The translations under genes were made by a program, and so were the position numbers. A stretch of 64,000 nt of DNA, taken from the IMG/VR virus record IMGVR_UViG_3300038463_000227, positions 7,920 to 71,919 of that record; one strand, given 5' to 3'. Below the pieces are notes generated by a model. The model had not been told where the DNA came from, searched no databases, and was given only the letters and a program-made list of their open reading frames with translations. Source of the stretch: a virus. This document shows positions 50,914 to 63,063 of the stretch, piece after piece (the stretch's first letter is position 1; each line of letters opens with the position of its first letter).

Positions 50914-52056
50914 TCAGTTGGGTGCATGTTTCAACTGCTCCAATGTTTTTTCGATGATTGCAATACGTGCACGATTCATTGCCATACCAATTTCTTTACC
51001 TTCCAAATGCATGTAAGGTTCAGCAGTTACTTGTGCAGAATTATCCTGAATAATTTTCAAATGAGAACTTGATATTGACAATTTACGACCAGCGGCTTCC
51101 ATAATCTTCATACCAGTAAACAAATCACTCAATCCTTGACTGTCACCATTATATGCACGATTAGTCATCAACAACATATGAATATCTGTTGCCAAGTGAG
51201 TATCTTTCATATCACCAACAGCAAACATATTTTGGATCAATTTGATAACTCTTGTTGGAATAACATAACCAGCAGTCCAGATTGTTTTACGACGAGTATC
51301 ACTTGTAACAACAGAAGCCATAAAAAAATCTAATCTTTCTTCTGCGGGAATCATTTTAGTAACCAAATCAGCATACAATTCAAAATCTACATTCAAACGG
51401 TGGCTAGTAATTACACCAAAGATATCAGAAAAGAATTTAACATGAGTCAAGGCACCAAATGTATTCAAGGCACGGAAAAACCAAATTGGGTTTTGTGACT
51501 GTTCAAACATTTTTCCCATCTCTGCCCACAAGCGTTCATATGGCAAAACATCAATTTCACCTGAATCAACAATATCTTGACACATTTTGATTGTTGGTGA
51601 AGCAATACCAAAATCAGCAAAACGAGAATAGAAACGAGCCAAACGGATTACCCGCAATGGATCTTCTTTAAATGCATTTGAGACATGACGCAATAGTTGT
51701 TCTTTGATATCACCACGGCCATTGAATGGATCAATGATTTCACCGGTTTCAATATCTTGTGCGATCGCATTAATTGTTAAATCACGACGAGACAAATCCT
51801 CTTCCAATGTAACACCAGAATCATATTCAACTTCAAAACCCAAGTAACCTTTACCGGATTTGCGTTCACGACGAGCCAATGCATATTGATCACCGGTTTT
51901 TGGATCCAAAAACACAGGAAAGTCTGCACCAACCTCAGAATAACCACGATCCAACATATCTTGACGAGTAGCACCAACAACCACATAATCATGGTCATTA
52001 CTTTCGATCCCCATCAAGTGATCACGTACGGCACCACCAACCAAATATATTTTCAT
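50914..52056 (-). CDS. cca: tRNA nucleotidyltransferase (CCA-adding enzyme)
   Basis: YLVGGAVRD, DHD, EEDLSRRDLTINAIA, EDPLRVIRLARF. Confidence 0.93.
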   Translation of the reverse strand: MKIYLVGGAVRDHLMGIESNDHDYVVVGATRQDMLDRGYSEVGADFPVFLDPKTGDQYALARRERKSGKGYLGFEVEYDSGVTLEEDLSRRDLTINAIAQDIETGEIIDPFNGRGDIKEQLLRHVSNAFKEDPLRVIRLARFYSRFADFGIASPTIKMCQDIVDSGEIDVLPYERLWAEMGKMFEQSQNPIWFFRALNTFGALTHVKFFSDIFGVITSHRLNVDFELYADLVTKMIPAEERLDFFMASVVTSDTRRKTIWTAGYVIPTRVIKLIQNMFAVGDMKDTHLATDIHMLLMTNRAYNGDSQGLSDLFTGMKIMEAAGRKLSISSSHLKIIQDNSAQVTAEPYMHLEGKEIGMAMNRARIAIIEKTLEQLKHAPN

Positions 52057-52324
52057 TTTAATAGTCCTTATGAAACTTTGCATCAGAACGACGAGCCGCT
52101 TTCTTAGCAGCTTTATGCATTGCCGGATCTTTGTTCAGTTTCTTAATATTTTTCTCTTGAGCTTCAACGTGACTTCCAAGTTGAGCACCATTAGGAGTCA
52201 GTGCAGTACCATACTGGAATACTCTTCCAACATGGCCTACACCACGGCGACTTTTCATTTTTTCTAAGTTCATGTGAATCTCCTAATGGATTGATTTCGA
52301 CTATTATAACATAGAAATAAACTT

Positions 52325-52879
52325 TTAGGTAGAAATAACTACTGATTCCATTCCAACTGATGGACTATATGTTCCAGCTACTTTAATAGCAGTTTTCACA
52401 ACACTAGTAGCAAAATCTTCATCAATTTGTTTATTGTCAGTAATATCTGCTATTACAGCAAGTGAAGTATGTAAACTTCCCATTGCATATTCATAACCAG
52501 AACCTACTGAACCAAAACCACGAATGGATCGGAGAACACTGAAATCATTTTGTAATTCCCATAACTGTCCTTTAACACCAATCAAACAGTTACCACCAGT
52601 TTCATAGTTATTCATTTTTAATGCATTTCTGATATCTGGAATCAATACAGTAATTAACCAACGATAGATATCAGTATCATCTTCTGGAATTACAGGATCA
52701 GCAAGACCATGTTCAAGAATTTGACCAAAGCGATATGAAGTTGTGAATCCGAAAAGAACACCTTTCTTATTAAATACTTTTGGTTGTGTATGGACAACTT
52801 TGTTGTTGCCTCCTGTACCCTGGATATCACCACCCATAAGTACTTTACCATTCATTTCCAGTCCGACTATACATGTCAA
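52325..52879 (-). CDS. Ntn-hydrolase (HslV / proteasome-beta-like) peptidase
   Basis: N-terminal TCIVG, GSG..YAMGSL. Confidence 0.8.
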   Translation of the reverse strand: MTCIVGLEMNGKVLMGGDIQGTGGNNKVVHTQPKVFNKKGVLFGFTTSYRFGQILEHGLADPVIPEDDTDIYRWLITVLIPDIRNALKMNNYETGGNCLIGVKGQLWELQNDFSVLRSIRGFGSVGSGYEYAMGSLHTSLAVIADITDNKQIDEDFATSVVKTAIKVAGTYSPSVGMESVVIST

Positions 52880-52891
52880 AATATTACTCCT

Positions 52892-53572
52892 TTATTTTTT
52901 AATTTTTCGACCTAAACAATATCCATTATTAAGATATTCTTGAAGTACCTCTTTTTTAACACCTAATTTATTAATACCATTGTTTATCCATATTTTACCA
53001 AAATTTGGATTCTTTTCTCCTTTACTATGACCAGTAATTAAATAAGTAGCTTTACGTTTTGCAATGGCTACTGGTAGTCTAGCCACTGCAGTTGCAGCTT
53101 TCTGTGATGATAAAACTTTTTCTCGATTTTTATTAACCCAGTTTTTCATACCTATAGATATTTTACTATCTATATTTTCTTTAAAAATTTTATCTTCTTT
53201 TCTTTTTTTACTTGTTGATAATCCACCACCGGAATGAAATTTTGATTTATGATCCTTACTATAAAATCCGCCTCCACCAATATTGCCACCTGTTCCGCCT
53301 GGTACCATATTCAAACATAATGAATTAGTTAATAAAACTTCATTAACTATTTCTTTTTCTTTTTCTACTGCTAACTTTCTATTAGAAAAGAATTCAATAA
53401 TTTCTAATTTATGGTTATTCTGTCCATATTTATTAATTGATCTTTTAAGTAATATACCACTACCAAAATAGTTATCTTTTAAATTATCCGTTGAATGAAT
53501 ACCAATATAAAATTTCCCATCAAATCTTGTAATTTTATATAAGTAATGAATATTTCTATTATATGCAGGCAT
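52892..53572 (-). CDS. GIY-YIG (Seg-like) homing endonuclease
   Basis: YLYKIT...FYIGIHST...YFGSG; paralog of the gene starting at 24084. Confidence 0.85.
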   Translation of the reverse strand: MPAYNRNIHYLYKITRFDGKFYIGIHSTDNLKDNYFGSGILLKRSINKYGQNNHKLEIIEFFSNRKLAVEKEKEIVNEVLLTNSLCLNMVPGGTGGNIGGGGFYSKDHKSKFHSGGGLSTSKKRKEDKIFKENIDSKISIGMKNWVNKNREKVLSSQKAATAVARLPVAIAKRKATYLITGHSKGEKNPNFGKIWINNGINKLGVKKEVLQEYLNNGYCLGRKIKK

Positions 53573-54150
53573 TATAATAATCCCGCCTCTATTAAATGTA
53601 ACTGTAGAACAATATTCATAGCATAAGCAATACCATGAGATTTTTTAAAATGGTATCCATTTTCATCTGGTGTCCATAAAACTTTTCTAACTGATTCTCT
53701 GTTTGTTTTATACAACTTGATATACTGTTTCTTACCAGGACGGATCAAAGCCAGTACATCAGCCAGTTCTTCAATACATGTAGGTTTAATTATTTTAAGA
53801 AGTTCACCATGTTTGGCAAGTTGGAATAATTTAGGATGGACATTACTCATCTGAAGTAAACCCCAATCTGGTTCTTCAGCAAGCATTGCATCAATCTCTT
53901 GGCGGGTTTCAATACTATCTAATAATCCCAAATGGAGAAAGTCAATCTTGGTGAAACCTTCTTGTTCAGCTTCTTTATAGGGAATTGCACATAATCCGGT
54001 GACTGGATCGATCGGAACTGTTTGTGGATAATAGCCACAGGGATGTGGTCTAAGTTCATCATCTTTAACTATAGAAGCCCTTGTCCAGGGGAATAGTTTC
54101 TTAGGATTGATATCTGTTCGGAAATCAATATCAATATCAGCTAATTTCAT
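53572..54150 (-). CDS. DNA polymerase III alpha-like catalytic fragment
   Basis: DIDIDF, HPCG, KIDFL, LALIRPG, FKKSH..AYA. Confidence 0.85.
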   Translation of the reverse strand: MKLADIDIDFRTDINPKKLFPWTRASIVKDDELRPHPCGYYPQTVPIDPVTGLCAIPYKEAEQEGFTKIDFLHLGLLDSIETRQEIDAMLAEEPDWGLLQMSNVHPKLFQLAKHGELLKIIKPTCIEELADVLALIRPGKKQYIKLYKTNRESVRKVLWTPDENGYHFKKSHGIAYAMNIVLQLHLIEAGLL

Positions 54151-54832
54151 TTAAGTCCTATATTACTAAGGAGGTTGTTTTACCTTTGCTATATTCATAC
54201 TCAATATAGATATCACCCATATGGGAATCATACCAGATAACAATTTCATTCTTTGGTATCTTAGTAATCATATGGATATAATTATGAAGGGCACCTGAAG
54301 CAACCATATCGGTTTTAATATGCATGAAGAAGTGAGTGATAATACTTCTTATTAGCCATGCTTTATATTCATCGGAATTAGCTTTGATAATTCTTGTTTT
54401 CATATTATCCTAATTGATCTGGTAGGAACATTGATGGAATTGAATATCCATCTTTATTCATAATAGCAATTGCATTTTGGAGATTTCCAACCATATGATA
54501 GAAGTCTTTATATTTCATAAGATCAGCAATTTTAATTCCAAGTTCTTCTTCAATTTGCTCAATACAACTATTCCAACCCGAATTCCATTCAGCTTCATCA
54601 TGGTTGTCAAATGAATTTTGACCAGGTGGTAAGAATCTACGTTCAATCATTATCTAACTCCTCAATAACTTTTCTAGCTAATAAAACTGGGCAATCATCC
54701 ATATGAGGTCGTCCTTTAAAAGCCCGACTACAAAAAATGCATCCCCAAACATAACCATGATAATCATCAGGAATGAATTCATAAGTATACCCTTCATCAA
54801 GGGTTTTAGCTAGTTTTAAAATGGTTTCATTA

Positions 54833-55045
54833 TCAATTGCCATTTTTTACCATCCTCATAATACGTTTTTGGATTTCTGTTTGTGGTCGGTTTAAGAAAG
54901 CCACTTTCTCAGCAACTTCCCATCTTTCTTCATCAGACATACCTGGAATATATGGACAGAAAAACATTGCAGCATCAACTGGACTTTGTCCTTTATATCC
55001 TATCAAAGTTCCGGACTGTGATTCTGTATCAATATAGACTTTCAT
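54833..55045 (-). CDS. Small protein carrying a T4 gp23 C-terminal-like motif
   Basis: LIGYKGQSPVDAAMFFCPYIP. Confidence 0.6.
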   Translation of the reverse strand: MKVYIDTESQSGTLIGYKGQSPVDAAMFFCPYIPGMSDEERWEVAEKVAFLNRPQTEIQKRIMRMVKNGN

Positions 55046-55771
55046 AATCCAATCTCCCTGATAATGTTTTTCACATTTTCAACCACTGATCTTTCAGTTT
55101 GGAATCTGCCACCCCAGTATGCGGCATTTACCACATTATTGAATGCAATGAGCTCTGGTTGATCTAATGTCTTAAGGAAGGTACCAAACACTGAAGAACA
55201 AAATAGGAACCATGGTGATAGCCTACGTTGTCTCACATAGGATAATACTTGCTGAGCACCAAGATGATTGAATATGTTTTCAAGTGGAATAGAATCAGCT
55301 TCACAGATATCCATCAAGTAGTTAATGGAATCCTGTACTTGACTATATGGATCAGCTAGCTTATCAACCCAATCTAAGTATACACGGTAACAGTTATCCC
55401 GGCACCAAAGAACTGGAAGAATATCATTGGCAACCATAATTTCAATGTACTTATCAGGGCGTGCAATATTTGCTTTGATAACCATTTCAGTGAAACTAAT
55501 AAAGGCACGATAGTATTTTGATTCTTTAAATGCGGTAGCCCCCGGAGCACTAAACTTCTTCAAGCGCATCCAATCACTGTAATAGCCATATGCTGCTTGA
55601 CCTAATGGGCTTGCCATTTCTTGAGCACGTCTACGAGGTTCACATATATGCTTCATGAACACGACTTCACCTGTGAAATGTCGATTACAGAAAGTACAAT
55701 GCCAATTGCTGGTTTTACCAAGTGTTATCTCAGCATCTTCAATTGGAATTCTACGAGCTGCTATCTGTTCC
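55042..55771 (-). CDS. Hypothetical protein with N-terminal Zn finger
   Basis: C..C...F......KH.C; start probably GTG at ~55771 rather than 55914. Confidence 0.7.
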
Positions 55772-56437
55772 ACATTTAGAACGACGGGCTTCGTCTCTTG
55801 TCCTGATTTCTTGGGGTATGACTTCAACTTCATCACCTTTCCAGGTCCAACCTGGTTTTGTTGGTTCTCCGAGTGATCGGAAAAAACTAATAAACTCTCT
55901 GATAGTATTTGCATCTATTTCTTCTTTATTTATTGTTACCCAAAGCCCTATAGCAACTGGGCCATAATCCTTAACAACAATCTTGGGAGTTACTTTGTAT
56001 TGAGTATTTAAATAGGCAGTTTCATGTTTCTTATAAAGTTCCCTACGAGCAACAGCTATTTCTGAATTCCAACGATTATTTGGTTTATTAAGACTATCAA
56101 GAAACTCATCACAACTTTCTTCATTATCTAATTCCCATGGATATATTTGAGTAGCTAAACCCCAGGCCCAATCTTCGCATTTATCCCATGCTTCCATTTC
56201 ACAAGTAACCATTGCTACTGCATAGTAACATTTTTGTTTAGTATGGAAGAAGCGAAAATCAACCCAAACTGTTCCACGATCGCCATCAACAACTGATGCA
56301 TGGTTACAATAAAAATCACCATTGAAAGAACATTCAGGCCACTTGCGCATTAAATTCTTGACATGAATCCAGGAAGCTTTCCGTTGTTTACGGTTCTTAT
56401 CTCTTACAGCTTCTTTATAGTATGGTCTACTTCCCAT
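55751..56437 (-). CDS. Hypothetical protein
   Basis: 228 aa ORF, translationally coupled. Confidence 0.75.
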   Translation of the reverse strand: MGSRPYYKEAVRDKNRKQRKASWIHVKNLMRKWPECSFNGDFYCNHASVVDGDRGTVWVDFRFFHTKQKCYYAVAMVTCEMEAWDKCEDWAWGLATQIYPWELDNEESCDEFLDSLNKPNNRWNSEIAVARRELYKKHETAYLNTQYKVTPKIVVKDYGPVAIGLWVTINKEEIDANTIREFISFFRSLGEPTKPGWTWKGDEVEVIPQEIRTRDEARRSKCGTDSSS

Positions 56438-57334
56438 ATTCCATCGCTTTTAAATATGATAGAGCTTCTTTTTCAGAAAGGGCTTTAATCCAGCCGGTTT
56501 TTTGAGCGGCTAGTTTTTCTTGTAAACTGATATAGATACTACCTGCCAAACTTGACATACCATATCCAGATTTACGGCAATTATAAATTGTACCTGAGAC
56601 CTGTGGTAAGGTGAAGAAAGAATCATCATCAAAGACATCATCAATGCCAGAACTTAGTTTCCATGAATCTGCACCTGCAAATCCACCATACCAAGATGCA
56701 AGGACACGATGGTGGATTTTACCATCCATGCCATTGTTAATTTCTATGATAGTCCATAGATCGGGAGTGTATATATTATTACTTGTCATTACCAATCATT
56801 CTTTCTATTAATACAAGTGATTCTGTTGTGGGAGCAAAACGAGCAATAGGTGAACCTTTGCTGTTGCAGAAATGTGGATCTAATTTGAACAAATTATATT
56901 TAATAAGTTCTTCACTTGTTTTAAATCCCTTGTATACCATTAACTTTTGACCTTCAAAATTCTTACAGTCCGGATATTTAACATGGAGTATAAGGTATTT
57001 ACCAATTCGTTGTTCATGAAGAATAATGAAGTTGGTGGGGTTGGGATTAGAATTCTCAACCGCATAAGGGCTATTTTTACACCTTGATCCGAAACTAACA
57101 CCCATAATTATTTCCCACAAAAAATGTCAAATAAATCTAACTTATGTCGTTCCACCATCTTTGCAGTGGCTGTTAAGCATACCACAACTAATGCTAAAAG
57201 TAACCAAATACCGGGTGCCATTAAAAGTAAACCTATTCCAAAAAGCACTATACCAATAATTAATACCATACCAATTACTGTTAAGTAGGAGTGGATATCA
57301 GGAAACCAGCTAACTATACTTTTAAGTTTATCTA

Positions 57335-57799
57335 TCATTCTTTGAACTCTTTCTTTAACTTAGCCAATTCATCTTTTTGCCAACCGAGTTCTTCAGCCAT
57401 TTGAAGTACTTCAGCTTCTGGTGGGAACGGATTCAATAGTTTAACTTCCCGTTCTGACATATCAAAATATTCTTGTACTACTTTTACTATTTCAGTATTT
57501 TTCTTTTTACCTTTGATTGCAACCCACTGATACCGCTTTGGTACCTTTGTAGAACAGGCCTGTAATATCTTCATCAAAAGATGTGGATGTTTAGCCAATG
57601 TAAATATGGAAGGATTAGCAAACTCATTGAGAAGCATTATCTGTTGTTCATCTGAACAACCGGCCATCCATTGCATAACAATTAAAGGAAAGAACCCCTT
57701 CTTTTCATCAGTTGTTAGTTTAGAATAGATATCACCTGATTTCCGGTTATCAATTTTCTTAAGAGTATCAAAAATATCTAATTTATAATCAGTTGCCAT
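57335..57799 (-). CDS. Clamp loader small subunit-like (T4 gp62-like)
   Basis: F.P.IV..WM....MLLNE..N pattern; near the gp44-like gene. Confidence 0.55.
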   Translation of the reverse strand: MATDYKLDIFDTLKKIDNRKSGDIYSKLTTDEKKGFFPLIVMQWMAGCSDEQQIMLLNEFANPSIFTLAKHPHLLMKILQACSTKVPKRYQWVAIKGKKKNTEIVKVVQEYFDMSEREVKLLNPFPPEAEVLQMAEELGWQKDELAKLKKEFKE

Positions 57800-59277
57800 A
57801 TAATGGAATACTTTCAGTGATATGGCTACTAATATTTAGCCACTGTTCAATCTTACCCAATTTATATTCTTCTTCTGTTACAAATGTCCATGTAAAAAGT
57901 ACATTATATGGTGGGGGGTTATCAGTATCCATCCAGGATAGAAACATATGGTAATAGTTATTTTCTTTACCATGGGCGTGTGCATCAATAAGACTCATTA
58001 ATGGCTCATCAAAGTCATCTGGGCGTTCATCATACATTTGGTATTACCTCATATTCATCTATATCTTGATGCCAAGTATTACATGATGGACAAATCCAAT
58101 TTTCATTAGCATAATCTGGACTACCATCCTCACAAAGATCATATGTATAATCAGCACCCATATCAGATTGTTTTCCAACCCAACTACAGTTTGGGCATTT
58201 ATACATTATATCACCAATTCATTTAAGAAGATATAACTGTATGGACTATATCATATGGCTCATTAGGAAACATTTCTTCCCATTGTTTTATACCATCATA
58301 ATAGTCCCACTTAAAATCATTTGGTGTATCACACCTTATTTTAAAACCAAGATAATAACCATAACCAGTAAAAAAATTTAATGGGCTACCTTGTAAGTTA
58401 CCAGGGAGATTATCTTCTAAACCAGATTGATCAAGTTCTTCATCAGTAATATCAATTAAAATTTTATTATTATGAAGAAAGCCAATAGCTTCTTCTGTAT
58501 TTCTAAATACTTTACCAATTGCTAATAATGCATCATGGTCAACACTCATATTATTTCCTTTGTTTAATTACTAAATGAGCAATACCTTCTTTTTCTAGTC
58601 GGCGTTGCAAGCGGTATTGTTTAAAACTATTTTTAACTGTACTAATACCATATTCAACTGGGGATATTATAAAATACCACAAAACCCAGAAAGGTAAACT
58701 CAAATATTCCAGGATATAAAGAAAGTCTGATAGTCGTTTTTTCATCAATCTTCCAGATTAATATTGTCTGCTACATGGTCGGCAAAGGCATGAAGAAGTT
58801 TTCTAACTGATTCAGGGCCCATTCCTTCATTAGAACATTCATATTTTTTGGTTTCATCACTATAGCCAAAGCTGAGTTCACCAATACCACATGATGGCCA
58901 GTCCCATGTAAATCTTGCTGTACCACGACCGAACAGAATAGTTGGTGGGTGTGCATTCATTAATTCATCCCGTCGGGTTTCAGTAATATTAAAAAATGAC
59001 TCTTTTAACGGAATAGTAATTCTAAACTCATTAAATTTATTATAAGGATAATCAATTCTTATATGTACATTATCCCAAATATCTTGAAGCTTTTCATTTA
59101 ATCTATCAACACCATAAGCATCAATTTCATCCATAGCAGGATGAAATTTTACAATGAGATATTCTTCGCCAACAACTTGCTGAAATCTAATATAAGTAAT
59201 ACCAGCAGATTGAAGGACTTTTTTAATTTCGTCAGTATTTGGTAAATTGTTTTGCCAACTTTGATTCTTTAAATCTA

Positions 59278-60192
59278 TCATGAAATTCTTCCTAAGGATA
59301 TGAAACATGCTGCAAGATTGAGTTCAGTGTTTGAAGAAAGGGCATGCTTGACCATATAGTCACCAATAGTAAGGATGGCTGAATCAGTATCCTTCAGGCT
59401 TGACTTTTCGATGTTATTATACAGGAATGTATAAACTTCTTCATGTTCTTCACGGGTGGCTGAATTACATACCATTTTACGAGCTTGTGCCCATTGACCT
59501 TTGGTAATAGCATCAAGCAATCCAAATTTCCATTCAGCAGTTTCTGCTGTGGCATTCCGTGGATTGAGTAGAACCTTGTTTTGAGTATTCTGTTGAAGCA
59601 ACTGGATAGTCTTACGAATATCTGGATAGCCAACATCAATATATGTCAGTAAGTCTTCTGCTTCATAAGTGACTTCTTCCTTTTCCAGGATGTCAATCAT
59701 GCGACCGGCAATATCATCTTTGTTAGGTGATTTAAAATAGTGCTGTTGAAACCTGGATTTCAACTCTGGCATTACTTTATTTTCATAGTTACAGGTGGCA
59801 ATAAAGCGACAGGTTGATGATGAGTCTTCAATAACACTACGAAGTAGAGCTTGACCATCTAAGGAAAGGTAATCAAATTCTTCTAATTGAACTATCTTGA
59901 ATTTACCGAGTGGCATTGTATTTGCAAAGGAATCAACTGAATTTCGCATTGCATCAATTTTATCTTTGGAACAGTTGATCTTTAATATATCAGTACGTTC
60001 AATACCAAGTTCTCGAACAAGAGCTTTAGAGATTGTACTCTTACCTGTTCCACGAATACCTGATAATAGTAGATGGGGAATGTCACCATCTTTTAGAAAA
60101 TTATTGAATGATTGTTGCTGTCTTTCATCTTGAAAAATAACATCAGAAATATGTTTCGGACGGTATTTTTCTACCCAAATTGAAGTTTTCAT
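59278..60192 (-). CDS. Clamp loader AAA+ subunit (T4 gp44 / RFC-like)
   Basis: WVEKYRP, GIRGTGKST, LEEFD, CRFIATCN, LKSRF, PDIRKTI. Confidence 0.93.
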   Translation of the reverse strand: MKTSIWVEKYRPKHISDVIFQDERQQQSFNNFLKDGDIPHLLLSGIRGTGKSTISKALVRELGIERTDILKINCSKDKIDAMRNSVDSFANTMPLGKFKIVQLEEFDYLSLDGQALLRSVIEDSSSTCRFIATCNYENKVMPELKSRFQQHYFKSPNKDDIAGRMIDILEKEEVTYEAEDLLTYIDVGYPDIRKTIQLLQQNTQNKVLLNPRNATAETAEWKFGLLDAITKGQWAQARKMVCNSATREEHEEVYTFLYNNIEKSSLKDTDSAILTIGDYMVKHALSSNTELNLAACFISLGRIS

Positions 60193-60272
60193 TTTATCCC
60201 ATTAAAAATAATAAAGCCTTTAGTAAATACATTATATCATACTAAAGGCTTTTGGGGAATTACTTTTACAGT

Positions 60273-61853
60273 TTAATTTGGTGGACTATCTGCTGTATAT
60301 ACATTATGTAATGATTTTAATAATGTGGTATCATCAGCATCTAAAATCACATCAGATTTGTCACTAACTAAGTTAAGTGATGTTTGAGGTATCACATCAG
60401 AAGTATCACTGCTTAAACTAACTGTTGGAGTTGGTTTTGAAGTTAATTGCTTTAAAGTAATAACATCAATTGCTTGTTGTTCCTTCATTGTTTTGGTCAT
60501 ATCAACATCCCAAGCTGGGGATTTCATTATTTCTTCGGCCATAACAATTGGTTCAGGATCTTCTGAAGTTTTAGTTTCATCTTCAGGTAAGATAGCATAA
60601 TTTAAATTACCAAATCGTTTAGTATCACCATCATATGGTTTCAAAAGAAATTCTTTAGTGTTGAATGACTCAGGTCTTGGCTCAAATGATTCCCTAACCT
60701 GATCTAACATTTTTTCCAATTTTGGTTGTTCTGTAGGAATAACTTCTTCAACCACTGGAGCAATAATTTCAGGTTCATTCATCGTTGTTTCAACAACAGG
60801 AACTACCTCGGGAGCAGGTTCAGGTGTTAAATGTGCCAGAATATTTTCATGCTTTAATTTCTTTTCAGCAGCCACCTGTTCAGCTTCTTTAATAGCTTCA
60901 ACTTCTGCAGCCATATTTTGCATACTCAATTCAAAATCTTCTTGGGTCTCATAAAGATCACCCCATCGTTTTTGTAAGTATTCATCATGCCATTTAGGAA
61001 CTACTGCTGAAATAACCTCTTTAGGTTCTTCAACAACTTGTTCTTCAGCCAATGGCCAACCCATTTCAACTGGTTCTGGATTAACCCAATGAACATCTTT
61101 AGTTTCTGGATCAACTTTTAAAACCTGACCTACTTTACCAACTTCTAATGCCTTAAAAGCTTTCTCGGCTTTAATTCTTTGTCGGCGGGCAATCAAAAAG
61201 TTAGCATTGATAAGTGATGCAACAGCAAGTGGATCAAATACAAATATTAAAGTAAATATAACCCAAACAACTGCATGTTCTGTATCTGTGTTAAATACTT
61301 TGGCAATGTAAATAATCGGGCCCACTTCAACATCTTTTTTAAGTGATGCAACTTTTAATGCTGGAAGTTGTTTATCAATTTCTTCAAGACGCTTATTAAT
61401 GCGGCCAACCTCAGGACCAAACTGTCGCATTAATGATGTTCTACCTCTTACATTATTATCTGGAAGTTTAGCAATCTGGGCATCAATTTCTTCTTTACGT
61501 TTTTGAAGTTTTGTTTGTTCTGCTGATGTTGCATCAAGGATAACAGTATCTTGGTTTGTTCCAGAGATTGCTTTCTGAAATGATCCAGACAAATAACCAA
61601 AAGCACCAGCTGATGTAATAGTCATAAGGACAATACAAGCTGCCACCATATACACTTTCATAGTGATACCAACCTCTTTCCAGTACTTATAAGTAAAGGA
61701 AACGGTAACTAATTTACCAACATCTAGTGCTACCGCTAAAGCAATGATAACAGGATCAGATGCAAAGAGGGCAGACAAACCGATAACAGAAACAAAAGTT
61801 CCTATACTTTCGATTCCTAACGCAGTTAAAAGCATTAAAATTATAAAAAACAT
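60273..61853 (-). CDS. Multi-TM coiled-coil protein with acidic tail
   Basis: Three N-terminal TMs, coiled coil, VFDPLA TM segment. Confidence 0.75.
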   Translation of the reverse strand: MFFIILMLLTALGIESIGTFVSVIGLSALFASDPVIIALAVALDVGKLVTVSFTYKYWKEVGITMKVYMVAACIVLMTITSAGAFGYLSGSFQKAISGTNQDTVILDATSAEQTKLQKRKEEIDAQIAKLPDNNVRGRTSLMRQFGPEVGRINKRLEEIDKQLPALKVASLKKDVEVGPIIYIAKVFNTDTEHAVVWVIFTLIFVFDPLAVASLINANFLIARRQRIKAEKAFKALEVGKVGQVLKVDPETKDVHWVNPEPVEMGWPLAEEQVVEEPKEVISAVVPKWHDEYLQKRWGDLYETQEDFELSMQNMAAEVEAIKEAEQVAAEKKLKHENILAHLTPEPAPEVVPVVETTMNEPEIIAPVVEEVIPTEQPKLEKMLDQVRESFEPRPESFNTKEFLLKPYDGDTKRFGNLNYAILPEDETKTSEDPEPIVMAEEIMKSPAWDVDMTKTMKEQQAIDVITLKQLTSKPTPTVSLSSDTSDVIPQTSLNLVSDKSDVILDADDTTLLKSLHNVYTADSPPN

Positions 61854-62188
61854 TATGGGCCAATCAAAGGAATAGTTAAAATAAGAGCTGTCATATGAAG
61901 GGCTTGATCTATACCAATCACCACAAAGAACCAGTGCACTTCATTCTTTTGCCAAAGATGTGACGTAATTCTTGATGAGATATAGTCTGTTATTATATGA
62001 GCAGTAAAATTTGCTAGAGCATATTTCCATCCAAAGAAAACAAGGAATGGTAAGCTGTAGGTAGAGACATGGGTGAAAAGCCACCCATTGGATTTACTTT
62101 TGCCTCGGGCCATTTTATCTGATTGTAGTACAAAATCAGCAAGGACATGAAGCCAAATTATAGCGAGAAGTAAGTAGATTGAAATCAT
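61853..62188 (-). CDS. DUF3307-like membrane protein
   Basis: H.LADF.LQ, H...D, DQ.LH. Confidence 0.75.
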   Translation of the reverse strand: MISIYLLLAIIWLHVLADFVLQSDKMARGKSKSNGWLFTHVSTYSLPFLVFFGWKYALANFTAHIITDYISSRITSHLWQKNEVHWFFVVIGIDQALHMTALILTIPLIGP

Positions 62189-62505
62189 ACGTAATCGTAG
62201 GTTACACTTTCATCATCAGCAACTGCAATAACTTTAGCAGCATCGGATTTCCAAAATGTGTGTTCTTTATGTTTAACAACGGTTGTCCATTTTAAAGCTT
62301 CAACTAAAACAATATTACCAGGAGCAAAATCCTTGATATCTTTGCCTACTGCCAGAACTTTAACCCAACGAGCACGGTCAGCTTGATGTGACATATCCTG
62401 GTTAGTTAAAATGATGGAACCTTTATTCTTTTCAATAAACTGTCCACCTGCAGTATCACTACAAAATTCAAATAAAAAAGCGTCCTTGACTGGTTTAAAA
62501 ACCAT
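62185..62505 (-). CDS. Divergent GroES-like protein
   Basis: FKPVKD...GSIIL...KVLAVG...PG.IVL. Confidence 0.6.
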   Translation of the reverse strand: MVFKPVKDAFLFEFCSDTAGGQFIEKNKGSIILTNQDMSHQADRARWVKVLAVGKDIKDFAPGNIVLVEALKWTTVVKHKEHTFWKSDAAKVIAVADDESVTYDYV

Positions 62506-63063
62506 AATTAATTCTCCAAAATTTAGTTGTTTAATTACTTAGTAGCTTTTTTGCTATCTGTAGTTGGTGCAGGTGTATCAGTAGTTGCTGCTGATATTGC
62601 TGCGGATTCAACTGCAATCGAAAGAGCTGCTGGTAATGGGGCTGGCGTAGTAATATAGTTAACTTGTGATTTACCACCATCACGCTCATCAATAAACTTT
62701 CTGCGCTGATTAACACTTACAGAGATTGGTTTAGAGGTGAGATGTTGTTTAATTGCAAGTAAATCAAAATCCACTATTGTACCGCGGGCACTTCGTGCTG
62801 TTTTTGCCATTTAAGAATTCTCCGAAAAAGGTCATTTATTAATAAATACTATGTTATTTATAGTTTATTTTCGGAGAGTATTTTTATTTCTTCAGGAAAA
62901 GCTTACTTATAATAATTGTTGGAATACTTATAAAGAAACATACCACTCTATTCCTACGCTTCGTTGAAAACACATCTGTCAACAAATACAAAACACTGCA
63001 AATAGTCCAGATAATTAGTAATAAAACAATAATAACAATAGTAGAAAAACTCATTTAAGTTCC

